A DNA stretch of 55,092 bases, taken from the IMG/VR virus record IMGVR_UViG_3300044624_000829, positions 1-55,092 of that record. One strand, written 5' to 3'. Of this stretch, positions 54,903 to 55,092 are shown piece after piece. The notes beneath the pieces are model-generated. The model saw nothing but the letters and a program-made list of their open reading frames with translations. It was not told the origin of the DNA and did no database searches. Positions within the stretch are counted from its first letter, which is position 1; each line of letters begins with the position of its first letter. This DNA comes from a virus. Lineage: Duplodnaviria > Caudoviricetes. The position numbers were made by a program, and so were the translations under genes.

Positions 54903-55092
54903 TGTATAAAACTTGTTTCTTATTAATATCTAACCACTTTAACATTGAAATTACTTCTTTTTTTAAATAAGGTAAAGCAATAGTGTTTATCTTTTTAATT
55001 ATAGGTTCTCCTTGCGGATCAGTAGCATGCACAGGATAACCATATTCATCTAAACTTTCTACTTCAAATTCTACATGATGTATTTCTAAAAC
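54892..55092 (-). CDS. 3' end of a gene entering from the right edge, possibly a PD-(D/E)XK nuclease
   Basis: ...VLEIHHVEFEVESLDEYGYP...ALPYLKKEVISMLKWLDINKKQVLYNAH* (TAG 54892-54894). The PYLxxEV tail recalls phage PD-(D/E)XK nucleases; catalytic motifs lie outside the window. Confidence 0.5.
   Translation of the reverse strand, partial: VLEIHHVEFEVESLDEYGYPVHATDPQGEPIIKKINTIALPYLKKEVISMLKWLDINKKQVLYNAH

Larger units (their letters stand above)
1..55092 (-). mobile_element. crAss-like (Crassvirales-type) bacteriophage genome segment: packaging, head, tail, cargo and virion RNA polymerase module
   Basis: Co-oriented terminase-portal-scaffold-capsid-ring-muzzle-giant cargo-RNAP gene order; DFDID-type RNAP; no host housekeeping genes, integrase or att sites seen. 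Confidence 0.93.

Noticed and set aside
1-55092. Stop-codon reassignment, known in some crAss-like phages
   Set aside because: Genes of several thousand codons are open in the standard code, TGA ends several genes with tight coupling, and no gene is fragmented by TAG.
1-55092. CRISPR array, tRNA/rRNA genes, reverse transcriptase or DGR, integrase, introns and inteins
   Set aside because: No repeat-spacer array, cloverleaf, RT motif or interrupted core gene was seen by eye; intergenic gaps are all under about 150 nt. An intein in untranslated parts of the RNAP ORF is not formally excluded.

Overview
The whole window is a 55 kb, AT-rich piece of a crAss-like (Crassvirales-type) dsDNA phage, probably infecting a Bacteroidota host (A-rich leaders without Shine-Dalgarno sequences, two TAnnTTTG boxes). 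Every credible gene is on the minus strand and reads in the standard code. In transcription order (right to left): 3' end of a putative PD-(D/E)XK nuclease, putative small terminase, large terminase, portal, scaffold-like protein, major capsid, ring and auxiliary-capsid proteins, a cysteine-rich/collagen fibre cluster, an IHF-like protein, two more ring proteins, a muzzle protein, five internal (cargo/ejection) proteins up to 2719 aa, and a >3800 aa ORF (11405 to off the left edge) missing from the ORF track. By manual translation this ORF is a multidomain virion RNA polymerase: HExxH zincin, then the two-barrel RNAP core (DFDID), then an AlkB-family 2OG-Fe(II) dioxygenase domain with all catalytic residues, set between Ser/Thr/Gln/Pro linkers, then a further domain. 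Best leads: (1) the AlkB-virion RNAP fusion; (2) a hairpin-plus-terminator element at about 37058-37130 whose loop is antisense to an AAAAACCAAC motif lying 3-4 nt before three start codons (candidate sRNA regulon); (3) recurrent penultimate-Cys termini, xxxGG motifs and modules shared between virion proteins. Product names come from motif recognition and synteny, not database searches.
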